Assembly: GCA_964016885.1 (NCBI GenBank)
Contig: OZ024745.1
Location: forward strand, 128,650,001 to 128,714,000
DNA: 64,000 bases
Reading direction: 5' to 3'
Source: Eledone cirrhosa
Lineage: Eukaryota
Shown here in pieces: positions 1 through 14,792 of the stretch (positions are counted from its first letter, which is position 1; each line of letters starts with the position of its first letter). A program made the position numbers and the translations under genes. The notes beneath the pieces are model-generated. The model was not told the origin of the DNA. It searched no databases and saw only the letters and a program-made list of their open reading frames with translations.

Positions 1-448
1 TTTTATCAAACACATACACACAGAGAAAACATCAGCTATTATATCAAACACACACACACAGTAAACATCAGCTATTATATCAAACACATACACACAGTAA
101 ACATCAGCTATTTTGTCAAACACATCATACAAACATTAATAAAGATATGTAAATCCTTCTATAGTCTACTGTTTGATTTTTGTTTTGTACCCCCCCCCCC
201 CCCCCCCCATCCCCCCAATTAAATAACTTATGTGATAAAAGTCTCAGGAATAGGTTTTTGAAAACTTTTAGAACTTTCTTTCTTTCTACTGCCTGAAGAG
301 TTAGTTTTGGAAACTCTTGACAAAGAGAGGGAGAAAAGAAGAGAGAGAGAGACAGACAGTAGGACAGACAGAGAGGCAAACAGACAGACAGAAAGAGAGA
401 CAGAGAAGTGATATAGTTAGCTGAATGATTTCTTTAAAAACCTAAACA

Positions 449-521
<73 letters not shown>

Positions 522-1316
522 GTCCATACTCAAGTATGTTGTGTGTCTTTATTAATACTTTGGAAATAACTAGTAAGATTAGTGGCATTTAGCCAAGTGT
601 GTGAGTGTGTGAGAGCATAGGTGTGTGAGTGCGTGAGAGCATACGTGTGTGGATCTTTGCAAATGAGTAGCTGTGTAAAAAGAAACTTATGTAACTAAAA
701 GTCTTCGGACACTGCTTTCTATTTATACTGCCACCACTACCTCCTCCTCCTCCTCCTCCATTATTAAAAACTTTACCAATACTGTCAACATTATCTCCAC
801 TCCCACCACTGCTACCACCACAACTGCTACCACCACTACTACCACCACAACTACTATTACTGCCAACATCATAGCAAAACTACTACAACCACCAACGCTA
901 AACCAAGAAATTTTCTTTGGATATTCATCAAGCAGGCTTCTCTCTCTCCCTCCCTCTCCCATTCCATCCCTCTCTCCCTCACCTTCTCTTACTCTGTCCC
1001 ATACCCTTTCCCTCCCACTCTCTCTGTGTCATACAATTATCCAAACATTTTAAATGATCCTACACACAGATATATAACTTCACTTGACAAACAGAAAAGA
1101 AAAGAGACAGACAGACAGACAGGCAAACAGACGGTTATAATGACAGATAGATAGAGGAAGTGGAGTGAGAGTAATGCAACAGGAGAGAGGAGGGGGAGAG
1201 AGGGAGAGAAAGAGTGAGAGAGTGAGAGGGGTGAGAGAGAGTGAAAGAGGGAGGGTGAGAAAGAGAGAAGTAGGGAGGGAGAGAGAGAGAAAGAGAGAGA
1301 AGTAGGGAGAGAGAGG

Positions 1317-1350
<34 letters not shown>

Positions 1351-1362
1351 AGTAGGGAGAGA

Positions 1363-1404
<42 letters not shown>

Positions 1405-3695
1405 AAGAGAGAGAAGTAGGGGGAGAAGGGAGGGGGAGTGAGAGAAGTGGGGGAGAAGGGAGGGGGGAGTGAGAGTGAAGTGGGGGGGAAGGGAGGGGGG
1501 AGTGAGAGTGAAGTGGGGGAGAAGGGAGGGGGGAGTGAGAGTGAAGTGGGGGGGGGGGGGGTGAGAGAGATAGAGAGGATATAAGTAGAGGAGAAGAAAG
1601 TTTTCAGCTCCTAACGAACTCAGCAGAGCAGAGTACTAATTAAGGTGACATTCCATATCCTCAGGTCATGAAGAGGGGATACAATCAAACACACAATTAC
1701 ACAAGCTAGGATCACACTCTAAATAATCGTGGGCAGGTAACAAAATCAATACTGGTTCAAACCTTGCACAAGTCACTGTCTTTATGTATATACACAACAC
1801 ACAAAAACAAGATGGTGTAGGGCAGAACAAAGGAGAGACACAAAAAAATAAAAACCTAGCCACTGAGGAGGTCACAGAATGTGTGACGAAAGAGCTTTGA
1901 CAATATATAAACAACCTTCCAGTTATCGAACCAACCAGCCAACCTACCGGAAACTTACAATAAATTGAAGTGAAAACCAACAGGTGCGTGTGTTTTTATT
2001 GGTAACCCAAAATATAACAATATCTGCTTCAACACACGTTTTTAAGTGCATTTTGATAAAGAGTCCAATTAAAGTCCAATATTCAATGTATTTATTATAT
2101 AATTTTGAACAAGTTTATTATTTCTTTGCAGCCTGGTAACAAATGATCAACGGGCAGAGTGAGAGTGGAGAATGGTTATGAATGTTTGATCATAGGTGTG
2201 TTGGTTAGAGCTGACCTAAGTCTAAACATCCACAAACAATGCAATCTGCTTTCCCTTCTCTTTACCATATTAAATTTGAAGTTCACACTCTGCTAATGTT
2301 CTGAGTACCTTATTAACTGTGGTTACTCCTGATTTAACTCTAGATTTACACACACACTCACACACTGCCCAACCCTTCAATCTTTCTAATTTCTCATTCT
2401 TTCTTCTGATGAAAGTTCTAAAGCAGCTTTTTCAAGGATCAGTGCTTAGCTCGTTGATTTTATGGTGTGAAGCATACCTGGATACAACACTGTTCTTCAC
2501 CGGTCAACATTACCAGGTGATCTGTCAGTTACTTAATATGCTAGTAGCTTGGTGAACTGATAGTGGATGGATTTGAACTGAAGACTCAGGCCAGTGATCC
2601 AATATTTTCACCACTTGGATATTTTGTTTCTATGTGCTGAGAATCGTCAGAGCAATGGATACAACAGTTAAAAGCCATGTTAGGCCTCTTGCAAGGGAGA
2701 ACATAATTGCGACACAAAAACAGATGGTTGTGTGTATGTGCATACGCATGCATGTGTGTGTTGTAGATATGTCCAAAATATGTCAACATGGTTAAACATA
2801 TTTGGAGATGGCCAAATTGTCAATGTTATCACACCATCCCATCATCATCATCGTTTAACATTTGTTTTACCTGCTAGCGAAGGCTGGATGAGATGGCTCA
2901 GATCAGTCAGTGCTCAAGCGGTGCCACTGACATCCAAGTGGGCCAGGGGATGGACATATGATCCTATGTTCTACTGCTCCTTTGTTTGGCAGGTTCAAGC
3001 AGTGCCACTAACATCCAAGTGGGCCAGGAGCCTGACATATGATTCTATACTCTACTGACCCTTTATTTAGCATGTTTTACCTTCTTATCACATCACAAAC
3101 CACTTTACCAAGTGTACTGGGTATGCTATTGTCCAGATCACTAATCCATCCAGTTCACCACATGAAAGCATGATTAATGTTTAAAACATAATCACTTTAC
3201 TCTTGGGTCCTAAATAATTGGTCGGGATTGGGAAAAAAAAATCTGAAAAATTAATAAATGTGGGATGGAAAGGGTGTGGGGGCATTTGAGACCTAAGATT
3301 ACGTACCAAATAAAGGAGGGGAGGGGGAGATATATTTGAGACCTAAGAGTGCGTACCAAATAAAGTTTGGCAAACCTGCAGCTTCAACATATTTTACCTA
3401 ATTAATATTTATCAGACACCAAACCTATTCAGTTTGATTATTATATTAGCCCATATAGTTCATGTGGCAATTACATAGTCTACCTGAAATCCAAGAAAGC
3501 TTTTGAATGTAATCAATTGCAGGGATATCATTCCATAGTGACAAACAATATTGGATACATAACCCTAATATTATTGATTTTGCACACATAATGTTTATAA
3601 ACAGTAAATGTGCTTTCACACACTGAACATATTCTTTTTTTTCCCCTCATCAATCAATACAACACTTTATGCCTTGACATTTTGCCTACATTCAT

Positions 3696-3726
<31 letters not shown>

Positions 3727-3767
3727 CATATATACATACACATATATACATATATAAATATACAAAC

Positions 3768-3801
<34 letters not shown>

Positions 3802-4282
3802 ATATACACAACATATATACATATATGTTTGTGTTTGTGTGTGTGTGTGTGTGTGTATGTGTACACATACAAAATCATATCTTTGTGTGTTTGTGTGGAA
3901 TGGCTGAGTGACCAGTAAACTAGATAAGGAATCAATATGTTAGCAGTTTGTATCCTGTCACCAGCAATTGTGTTGTGTGTCTGCAACGAAGACACTTAAC
4001 TCTCTAATGGCCTAGCTAGCTCATTTAGCCATAAATAGGCGGCGGTGGTGGTGGTGGTGCAGCAGAACAGTAGCACTGCATGATCAATGAATGTGAATGC
4101 TTCCCATTAGCTTGCAGTGCTGAATATAATCCCCCCCCCCCGTCCCGTCCCGTCCCACCCTCCTACAATGCATAGTAAACATTTTCCAAAGTCATTAACA
4201 TAGTGAGTAGCAATTTCCATTGTAGATCAGCTCATTATCATTATTTTTATCATTATCATCATTATTATTATTATTATTATTA

Positions 4283-4520
4283 TGGCGGCACGTGGATTGG
4301 CAGTATCGGTAGAGTGTCAGACACCACGCTTTGCAGCACAGAGTTATGGCCCTTTACGTTCTGGGTTCGAATACGCCAGGTTTAACTCTTAGCTTTGCCT
4401 TTCATCCTTACGGGATCGATGAAATAAAGCACCAGTAATGTAGTACTGGGTCGATTTGATCGCCCCCCCCCCCCACCCCCCACCCCCAAATTACTAGCCT
4501 TGTACCTTTACTAGAAACCA
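4283..4520 (+). mobile_element. tRNA-derived SINE (main family, Nin/Inv-like central domain)
   Basis: A-box-like tggcagtatcggtag, B-box-like gggttcgaatacg, central gcctttcatccttacggga tcgat...aaag.accag. Follows an (ATT)n tract. Confidence 0.8.
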
Positions 4521-5003
4521 CTGTTGTTATTCTGTTGATATTACTCTCCTTCTCCATCCAGATATATTTACACAGACATGTTGCATATATTCTAGGATTA
4601 TACATGCTGTTTATGAAACCACAACTGTTCAACTGTTCAACACCAATGTATCTCAATAACTGAGAAGTATTCACCTGGTCCAGGTGTATCTGCAGGAGTG
4701 CATCTGCTTTTAATGATTTTATCCATTGTGCCGATTACATTTAGAGTGAAACTAGGTTATTGTGTATTTATTAAAGAAATTGTACATACATGTACATACA
4801 TGTTTTAGTTTACAAATTAAAGGAAAAAAGTACTCAATAGACGGTGTAGATGGTAAAATTTAACTGGCCTTATATCTACACTAAGTACTGTGTTACATGA
4901 GCTTGTTCGGGTAACTGAATTAACTATACACACACATATTACATACATACATGTATATATAAACACATACACACACATATATATTATATATACACACACA
5001 CAC

Positions 5004-5084
<81 letters not shown>

Positions 5085-5686
5085 TCTATATATATATATA
5101 TATATATATATAAATATCTTTACGTACTCATACATATATAAACACGTACATTTTCCCATAACACAAGAATTCTGAGTCAAAAAAAGAAAGTAAAGAAAAA
5201 TACCGTTAGGCTGATTGTACAAAATAAAAAAAAAAACCTAAACTTATAAATAAATAAAGCAAAGCTAACGAAAATGCCAACTTTTAGACCAACTAAAACA
5301 ACCGAAGGAGGGAGAGAGAAAAACTACGAAGGCAGACAGGTGAGTGAGTTCGTTTCGGCCAGTAATGACCAACCTTAAACTCCAGTCCTACTTTTTTAAT
5401 AAGCAGGGGAAGAGCATAAAATAAAGAATAGAATCGAAGATAAAAATAAAACAGAAACAAAGACTAACAACCATTCATTAATTTTGCTTCTTTTTCTTCT
5501 TCTTTGCTCTCTCGTTTTAGCCATTATGTCCTTTTACACATTCACACACACGTACAAAATGCATATAATACCATTCATTACACACGACTTAAACATACAT
5601 GCCAGAGTTAATGATTGCAGCAAAAAGCTTGAGTGAGTTAAACGAAAGGAACTCTCACTATTTTGTTGACAACATACCTTTACTAC

Positions 5687-5725
<39 letters not shown>

Positions 5726-5730
5726 CATAC

Positions 5731-5785
<55 letters not shown>

Positions 5786-5830
5786 TATATATATACACAT
5801 ATATATATATATATATACACATATATATAT

Positions 5831-5869
<39 letters not shown>

Positions 5870-5900
5870 TATATATACATACATACATATATATATATAC

Positions 5901-5978
<78 letters not shown>

Positions 5979-6010
5979 ATATATATACATACATACATAT
6001 ATATATATAC

Positions 6011-6075
<65 letters not shown>

Positions 6076-6090
6076 CATATATATATATAC

Positions 6091-6121
<31 letters not shown>

Positions 6122-6370
6122 CATATATATATATACATATATACATATATACATACATACATATATATACATATATATATGTGTATACACATACATATAT
6201 ATATATACACACACATACATCATACACACTGACATATATATATATACACACACACATGCATACATACATACACACACAGAGACAGCATAATAGATACATA
6301 CTAGGACGAAAATTAGCTTTAATTAATCTAGCAAGTATTAACGGATAGTTTAGAAGGAATCTCACTCATA

Positions 6371-6408
<38 letters not shown>

Positions 6409-6603
6409 AATATTTATCTAGCCCACAATGAAGTCCGATTAAGTCGATTTCTTTACTTTTCCTGTGTGTGTATGGTCAGGAGTATCCATAAATGGGTGAC
6501 TACTACACTACTGACTTCGGAAGATGAAAATGTTCATATTTGTGTCTTTCTAATTGGAGAGATATTTTGTCGCACACTTAGGTCTACCATACATACACAC
6601 GTA

Positions 6604-6667
<64 letters not shown>

Positions 6668-6707
6668 GCACCCAATTATCCACACAATACAATATAGTTA
6701 GCACCCC

Positions 6708-6801
6708 AAACGTTTAATTGGGAATATACTCCGGTATTTCCTAATGTTTGTTGAGTGAGTTGGAAATTGGTCGGAGTATCGCTATTAGCTTTCTCCGTTT
6801 A
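6708..6801 (+). mobile_element. Family E 94-bp element, identical (inverted) to 36247-36340
   Basis: Direct comparison gives a 94/94 reverse-complement match. Carries the tactc...ttgagtg motif. (TA)n nearby. Confidence 0.75.
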
Positions 6802-6803
6802 TG

Positions 6804-6850
<47 letters not shown>

Positions 6851-8079
6851 ACGTGAATTATAATAAAGTTTAATTAAAAAGTTCTGCTCATCTTTCCGCA
6901 GATCTCATATCTTTTTGCAGGTCATATGTTTAACGTATTGAACATAAAAAGACAAGGAGTTGACTCTGGCTTTTTGACTTGAAGCGAATAAATCTCTTCT
7001 ATGACAAGGCGCTAGTATATCGCGGTCTATATTCCTAGACACTTTGTTGTTTAAGGTGATCTACACAGAAAAAAAATCGGGGTGCCATTCCTGGACTGAT
7101 CGCTGCTATAGAGGCATGGTAGGAGGCCCAACATTCCGAGTTCTTTTTGCAGGTCTTAGAAAAACTGAAGGACCGCTGCAATACGGGTGTGAATCTGAGA
7201 GGAGAAAAGTTTCTTCAGTGGAGCGTATCATCCATTAGAACAAAAATGGTGCCGGCCTAATGAACCTCAAAGTCAACTCTAGAAGATAAGCCGAGCCACT
7301 GATTTCGTTTTTATTGGATATGTATGTATGTGTGTGTTCGTATAATCCAATGTTTGAGACACTGTTAAAAGTTAAAACGGCAGGCCGCCATATTATCTAC
7401 CACTGCTGCCTCATTAATTGTGTATATTATACACTTTCTGTCTCTACATGTTGCCGGATGGGTGAGAGGTTTGTACATAGCCATCAGCACTTTCAAAAGC
7501 CTTGGCTCAGCTAAGCTAGCTGTAAATAGGTACCACAAGTGGACGGCTATGAAAAGAATGCATCTAAACCGTATTTGAATCAGCTTCATTTAACTTGCCT
7601 CCTGTGTATTGGTGTTTTAACACCAGGCGATCCCCAGTTATCCGACAACCTAAATAAAGCGAAGCTATTTCAGCTTAATACCACATGCCAATAACTAAAG
7701 CTGGTTTCGAACCCTCAATAGGGCGGCACCTCTTCCTATTTCGTCGGTCATACACATACGAAGATGACGACTTTTCAGCCCACACCGATATCAGACCTCA
7801 TGTCTATATAAAAAATGTATTTGTACTTGTAGGGTAAACACACACACACACACACGCGTAGAGTATCGCTGTGGATATGTCATACACTTGCTCGTACAAT
7901 ATATATATAGGAGTGTACATATACAAATATGCACAATTATTATTTGTTGTGGTAGTAGAAGAAGAAACACATTACTAGACCATTCCTCCAGAACTAACAT
8001 CCGGTTAAAAATAAAGTTTATATGCGAATGTTTATATCTAGTGTGACTATGGTGGTAGGAAGACATGACGTAGAATACA

Positions 8080-8151
<72 letters not shown>

Positions 8152-9041
8152 GAAAATAGAGAAATTAATGTAAGCAAAATGGCAACATATGTATATATAT
8201 ATATATATAAATGATTTGAACACAACTTTGATAATCGTCTGATTTATTTTCCTGCTCTGTAAAACAATTGGTATTCTTACATTGAGCTATTTCTCTTACT
8301 GGTAGTAAGGTAGTAGGAAATTACTGACCTTTCCTGTTTATAGTTGTTTATAGTATATACATAACTATAAATAGTATTATTATATATATATATATATAGT
8401 GAGAGCATTAGATTGTATGCCTGTGTGTGTAGGCGGACATATTAGATAAATAATATAAGGTATAGCTGCGAAAGGAGAAGAAATAAGACTGAGACAACAC
8501 AGTCCGAAGAAAGACGAATATAGATGTATAGAGGGAGAAATACGGATAGAGAGATTGTTGCAATGGACGTCAACATAAATAGAAGACATATGTAGATAGA
8601 TAGATAGATAGATAGATGACTGGGTTGGTGGATAGGGGGTAGATAGTCTAATGGACGACGCTACTACATCCGTATAAAAATATATTATCTTTGATCCAAG
8701 TGTTATATTATTGTAATGACACCAAACAAAAATACTGCCTAAAACTCCATCACACACAGACACATACATACACACACGTGTTTCTATATTTATAAATCTG
8801 TGCATATTATTGTAACAATTACTGTGGAACTAGTAAATCACCACCACCACCACACACATTTACATGAATGAACTCGGAGATTTGTACACACACACACACA
8901 CATATATATAATGGTGTGGTCATTATTAACACTGATTCTAAAGGATAAAGATAATGGTGAGGTACAAAACGAAGAATCCAACATCAGTAGCCAGATCTAC
9001 ATCCACATCTGGTCATTGAGTGCTCAAACTGGCGAACCATA

Positions 9042-9102
<61 letters not shown>

Positions 9103-9109
9103 GTGTGTG

Positions 9110-9235
9110 TGTTAAGTATTTCCACAGAAAAGGTAAATGGAAGAAGAGTGTTCTATGTATATAGTACAGAGCTATTAATTACATAATAAATAACACTATA
9201 TAATTATTCCATTACCAAAGGTTTCAGGAAACTAG
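9110..9235 (-). mobile_element. Family C element, degenerate copy
   Basis: Reverse complement reads GAAAcctttggtaatggaata...gctctgtactatatacatagaacactcttc...accttttctg, homologous to 34861-34980. Confidence 0.6.
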
Positions 9236-9630
9236 ACGATCCTTACAGAAATGTCCAGCCCGTATATTATATATACATATAAGGATTGAACAAGTTCTAA
9301 ACTAGTTAGACAACCGATAATTGGGATAGTAGAGTATGATTATATTAGAAAGAGTATATATATATATAGATATATATATATAATCGTATCGCTTCAGACT
9401 CGCCGGTGATCTTGTATGTTCAACGAACGAAACAGCATTATTATGTAATCTGTTTACGTCACACACCACACATACACATATATACATATACACACTAGTG
9501 GTTGTGTATATGGACTGTTTCACACAACAAAGTGCAATAGAACTCGAGATAGCCAAACGAAGTAGCATTAACGTGCTTTGTGATTTTACGAAAGGACAAA
9601 ATAAAATCTATATGTATATGTGTGTGTGTT

Positions 9631-9667
<37 letters not shown>

Positions 9668-9709
9668 ATGGTTGTAAACTGTAAAGAAACCTCCAGCTAT
9701 ATATATATA

Positions 9710-9910
9710 TATTAAAATAACAGATTAAAGTTTAAGCAAAGAATCGCTGCTTTCACCCTTAACGGGATCTTCTGAAAGCAGCGATTCTTTGCTTAAACTT
9801 TAATCTGTTATTTTAATAAATATTTGCTCTACGGTTCTTATATATTTGATATATATTTATCCTTATCCAGCCCTCTTTGGATTTTAGTCTTCAAATTTAT
9901 TATTATTACT
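9710..9910 (+). mobile_element. Family G element with perfect 46-bp inverted repeat
   Basis: Arms 9710-9755 and 9773-9818 with a 17-nt spacer. GAAA-GCA-gcgattctt-TGC-UU is helix-III-like. The tail ctctacggttcttatatatttgat...gccctctttggattt recurs at 48615-48705. Confidence 0.7.
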
Positions 9911-10063
9911 ATATATATATGCAAAAGTTCTATTTATAAATATAGTTTCCATTTATTTAATATCGTATATATATATATATATTTGAATACAAGCAATAAC
10001 AGGAAAAGTAGAACTACATAATTGATGGTATTAATAATTTCTTTTATTTGCCTCATTAATAAT

Positions 10064-10535
10064 AATTACCCAGTACATTACTGGTACTTTATTTTATCGA
10101 CCCCGTAAGGATGATGCAAGGCTAACCTCGGCGGGATTAATAATAATAATTGTTTGTACATTTAGCACAAGGCAGCCTGCAATTTGAAGGGAAGGGGAAA
10201 GTCGATTAAATCGACCCCAGTGCATTACTGGTGCTTTATTTTGTGGGCCCCTTAAGGATGAAAGGCAAAGCTAACCTCGGCGGGATTAATAAAAAATAAT
10301 GATTTTTTTTTGTCTTTATTGACCTACCACATAGGGGACAATACAAACAGACAGGCGATAATAACTGTTTCTACTTTTGGCACAAGGCCATCAATTACCC
10401 AGTGTATTACTGGTACTTTATTTTATCGACCCCATAAGGATGAAAGGCAAAGTTAACCTCGGCGGGATTTGAACTCAGAATGGCAAGGGCCATAACTCTA
10501 TACGCATGGCGTCCGACCCTCTACCGATAGGCGAT
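10064..10535 (-). mobile_element. Cluster of three partial SINE copies
   Basis: Three repeats of ccagt.cattactggt.ctttattttatcgacccc.taaggatg.aaggc.aag.taacctcggcggga. Confidence 0.8.
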
Positions 10536-11390
10536 AATAATGGTAATTGTTTTTATACTTAACGAAGGTTTCGTATATATTATAGTAGATAGATAGATAG
10601 ATAGACAGATAGACAGACATATAAAGCAGATATATACATAGAGTGAGAACAAGGAGATAGATAGATAGATATCTTTCTTTATTTGCCACAAGGGCGTACA
10701 AGAGACATTACAAGACGTCGCGGTGGGGGTTTTACATATAGATAGATAGACAAATGGATAGATGTATAGACAAGAGACAAGACGGGCAAGATAGATAGTT
10801 AAATTTAAAAATAAAATAACCTGATCGGGAGGAAGATACATATGAGGGTAGTTGGTAAAAACCAACCAGAGAATGGGCGAGGGTCGGTTCACGAAAGAGA
10901 GACACTACAAAAAGAATCGGAACGAAATAGTGCAGACAACGCGGAAAAATGAGAATTGAATAGTCATCATAAATATTGAACTGATCGGGTTATTCAGTAC
11001 ACTGTCGCTTGATATATTGGTGGGTACGTACTTTAGTGGTGAATGTGTTTGTCACGGTGGAAAGAGAGAGAGGGAATGAATGGATTCATATATAAATACA
11101 TTAGTCACAGATAGAGATATAAAGAAGATAAGATTGACAAAGAGATAGATGAGGTAGGCAAGTAGATAGACGGGTAGATGAATAGACAGACGAAGGTGTG
11201 TTCGTGTCTGTGTCTGTACATATATAGGTGTGTATGTGTGTGTGTAAGTATACATAGGTGTGTATGTGTATGGATATATAATGCTGATTTAAGCAGAACT
11301 AAATCTATCAATTTATTCACATTAAACATTGAATATTCATCATATTGGGGACTGTGGTTACAGTAGAGAGGGAAAAGGAGAGGGTGGAAG

Positions 11391-12057
11391 GAGAGACAAG
11401 GAAAAGATGAGAATGGAAAGAGAGACAAGGAAAAGATGAGAATGGAAAGAGAGACAAGGAAAAGATGGGAATGGAAAGAGAGACAAGGAAAAGATGGGAA
11501 TGGAAAGAGAGACAAGGAAAAGATGGGAATGGAAAGAGAGACAAGGAAAAGATGGGAATGGAAAGAGAGACAAGGAAAAGATGGGAATGGAAAGAGAGAC
11601 AAGGAAAAGATGAGAATGGAAAGAGAGACAAGGAAAAGATGAGAATGGAAAGAGAGACAAGGAAAAGATGAGAATGGAAAGAGAGACAAGGAAAAGATGA
11701 GAATGGAAAGAGAGACAAGGAAAAGATGAGAATGGAAAGAGAGACAAGGAAAAGATGAGAATGGAAAGAGAGACAAGGAAAAGATGAGAATGGAAAGAGA
11801 GACAAGGAAAAGATGAGAATGGAAAGAGAGACAAGGAAAAAATGAGAATGGTAAGAGAGACAAGGAAAAAATGAGAATGGTAAGAGAGACAAGGAAAAAA
11901 TGAGAATGGAAAGAGAGACAAGGAAAAGATGAGAATGGTAAGAGAGACAAGGAAAAAATGAGAATGGAAAGAGAGACAAGGAAAAAATGAGAATGGAAAG
12001 AGAGACAAGGAAAAAATGAGAATGGAAAGAGAGACAAGGAAAAAATGAGAATGGAAG
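11391..12057. repeat. 29-bp purine-rich minisatellite, about 23 copies (gagagacaaggaaaagatgagaatggaaa)
   Basis: Directly visible tandem array. Confidence 0.95.
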
Positions 12058-12179
12058 GAGAAAAAAAAAGAGAGACATATATAAACTTTCTATAGCCAGC
12101 ACTACAAAAACATCACTTTCTGAGAGTCTATCGCAATCGCTCGGGCTGCTAATAATTAACAGTAGCCATAAAAACATAC

Positions 12180-12254
12180 TACCGAAACGTGATGGTCATG
12201 TTTGGAGCGATTTTGATGAGAGGTTTGCAGGCATCGCGACACATAAGAGTTAAA
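12180..12254 (-). CDS. Candidate 75-nt internal exon (phase 2-2: C-LTLMCRDACKPLIKIAPNMTITFR-Y)
   Basis: Minus-strand acceptor gttgttcttacag| and donor |GTATGT. Length is divisible by 3. It is open in the frame that continues the phase-2 donor at 30926, whereas the phase-1 join gives an immediate TAA. No recognised homology. Confidence 0.3.
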
Positions 12255-13118
12255 CTGTAAGAACAACTAGCAGAGGCATTACTGTGACCACTGCAAAGGT
12301 TTCAACATTAAGTACTGACTACACACATCTAGACATGTGTGAGTAGAGTAGAGAAGACAGGGACACACGGACACATCCACTGCATCTCATTCACTCTGAC
12401 AAGTGCACATGCATTCGATGCTAGGCAACGGTGTGAAAAGAGAAACACTTCGATGAATTTTCACACACACTATAAAGAGGTTTATATAGTGATTGGTTTT
12501 GGTTTTAATACGAACACATCTACATACATACTTGTGTAAGAGTGTACTCACAACGAATAACTATATCTCACCCCATTTTACTCCCTACCTATCAACGTTT
12601 GGCTCCCAAATAACAGAGAAGGGGTTTTGAAATAAGCGGGAGCAGTTGGGGGAAAAAAAACTCTGAAAAATTAATAAGCGGGGATAGATGAAAATATTAT
12701 CTGTAGATATTATTTCGTCGATAAAATAAAAATATCAGTAATACACTGGGTAGGTGCTGGCCTTGTGCCAAAAGTAGAAACAATTATTTTGTCAAGAACA
12801 TGCCGAAATCTAGAGACAGACATACACACAGGCGTTAAAAGAAATATATATATAGCAACAAAAGAACTGTTGCTCTAAGCATTTAACAACGTATGTATGT
12901 AGATTTGCTTGCGGATTCTCTGAAACGTATGTATAGTTTAAGCTGACACTTATGTGTGGTATATAATAAATATTTTTAAAAAAGGTGATTTAGCTTAGAA
13001 ACACTCGCACATTGAGTGAGTGTTTAATGTTAACCGAAGCAGAACTACACTTTATATCTTCACTGGCCTCTCCTACACCACAGCACCTAACCGACATCCG
13101 CTAACACGTCAGCCAAAG

Positions 13119-13166
<48 letters not shown>

Positions 13167-13169
13167 TAT

Positions 13170-13245
13170 ATGTGTGTGTGTGTGTGAGTGTGCGTGTGAT
13201 ATATGTACGTATATATATATATGTGGGGAGGGGTATGTATGTGTG

Positions 13246-13291
<46 letters not shown>

Positions 13292-13483
13292 ATGTGTGTG
13301 TACGTATATATATATGTGGGGAGGGGTGTGTACGTATGTATGTGTATGTGTATATATATATATATGCGTGTGTGTGTACGTATTTATGTGGGGAGGGATA
13401 TGTACGTATGTATGTGTATATATATGTGTGTGTGTGTGATGTGTGTGTACGTATATATATATGGGGAGGGGTATGTACGTATG

Positions 13484-13531
<48 letters not shown>

Positions 13532-13680
13532 TGTGTGTGATGTGTGTGTACGTATATATATGTGGGGATATGTACGTATGTATGTGTATATATATATATG
13601 TGTGCGTGTGTGTGTGACGTGTGTGTACGTATATATATATGGGGAGGGGTATGTACCTATGTGTGTGTGTATATATATAT
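13170..13680. repeat. Compound ~60-bp tandem repeat (gtgtgtacgtatatatat..ggggaggggtatgtacg)
   Basis: About 7 variable units. Confidence 0.8.
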
Positions 13681-13694
13681 GTACATACTATAAT

Positions 13695-13875
13695 AAAATG
13701 CACCCAGTGAACTCTAAAGGGTTTGGTGTTAGGAAAGGCATCCAGCTGTAGAAGCCTTACCAAATGAAATGTAAGAGAAAGTGTGAATCCATGGCATGTC
13801 TAGGACATTAGTCAGTCTGAATAAAGATTGGGACGAACCGTCAAGCCCATGCTAGCATGGAAAACATGATGATGC
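13695..13875 (+). mobile_element. 3' part of an RTE-tailed SINE
   Basis: ttggtgttaggaaaggcatccagctgtagaa...aaccgtcaagcccatgctagcatggaaa..(gat)n tail. Related ends at about 2840-2890 (-), 24595-24640 and 33570-33620 (-). Confidence 0.55.
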
Positions 13876-14110
13876 ATTTGTGTGTGCAAATGTGTATTAT
13901 AGTAGGCTGAAAATGTTCAATTATCCCTCTAATTGGTATACGAGAACTCCCTTCCACTGGAGACTTCAAAATCTAAAAACAGATCGCAAGGGAGAAAACT
14001 TAAATATCAATTAAACGAAGGTTGGGTGATCTGGGAGGAAATGCAGTAGGGAGTGAATCTTCCATGGTGTGTGGATGAAAAAGGTTTTATACAGATATAC
14101 ATATATATAT

Positions 14111-14258
14111 AGGGAAATGTTAAAAGCCCCGACGACAGAGCTCATGCCGTTTCGACGGCTATTTCTGGACTCATTTTCCTATTACCCACTCTACTACCCT
14201 AAGTATTGAGTACTCTGGGGCGTTTTGGTCCACCTGGTTCCTTACCACACTTTCTTCG

Positions 14259-14260
<2 letters not shown>
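14111..14260 (+). mobile_element. Family A element retaining only the inverted arm and tail
   Basis: ccccgacgacagagctcatgccgtttcgacggctatttctggact followed by the same tail. (TA)n flanks. Confidence 0.75.
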
Positions 14261-14346
<86 letters not shown>

Positions 14347-14543
14347 TGTGTGTGTGGAGCTGAGAACAGGGAGACTTATTAATTATGGGAGTACTCAATG
14401 CGCGAGGATTATATATAGATGTAGTAGAAATAAAGCTTCATTCACTTAACATGTATGCGCGGCCTTAAGTTTCGGGGTCCAGTTATGGCCACCACTGAAT
14501 TTATATACACACACACATATATATATCTTTATACCGAATATTA

Positions 14544-14604
14544 TATTTTATCTGACGAAACCGTATTAAAATATTGGTACCCTTGAAATACGTATAATAA
14601 AATA
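14544..14604 (+). ncRNA. Minimal type I hammerhead ribozyme (family D), Penelope-like-element type
   Basis: Helix I tattttat(14544-51)/ataaaata(14597-604). CTGACGA 14552-58. Degenerate helix II. GAAA 14585-88. Palindromic helix III TACGTA. UA cleavage site 14595-96. Confidence 0.8.
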
Positions 14605-14737
14605 AATATGGTTTTATAAAGATATTTTCCATTTATTAATATTATTGATATTAATTATATTCCCGAAAAATCTATTGAGTGCTTCTAAACTGTTATAAGT
14701 TAACTTTGTTGAATAATCAACAAAACAAATATTTCAT

Positions 14738-14792
<55 letters not shown>

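Noticed and set aside
4283-4380. tRNA gene-like A/B boxes (also at 38426)
   Set aside because: These are SINE heads and form no cloverleaf.
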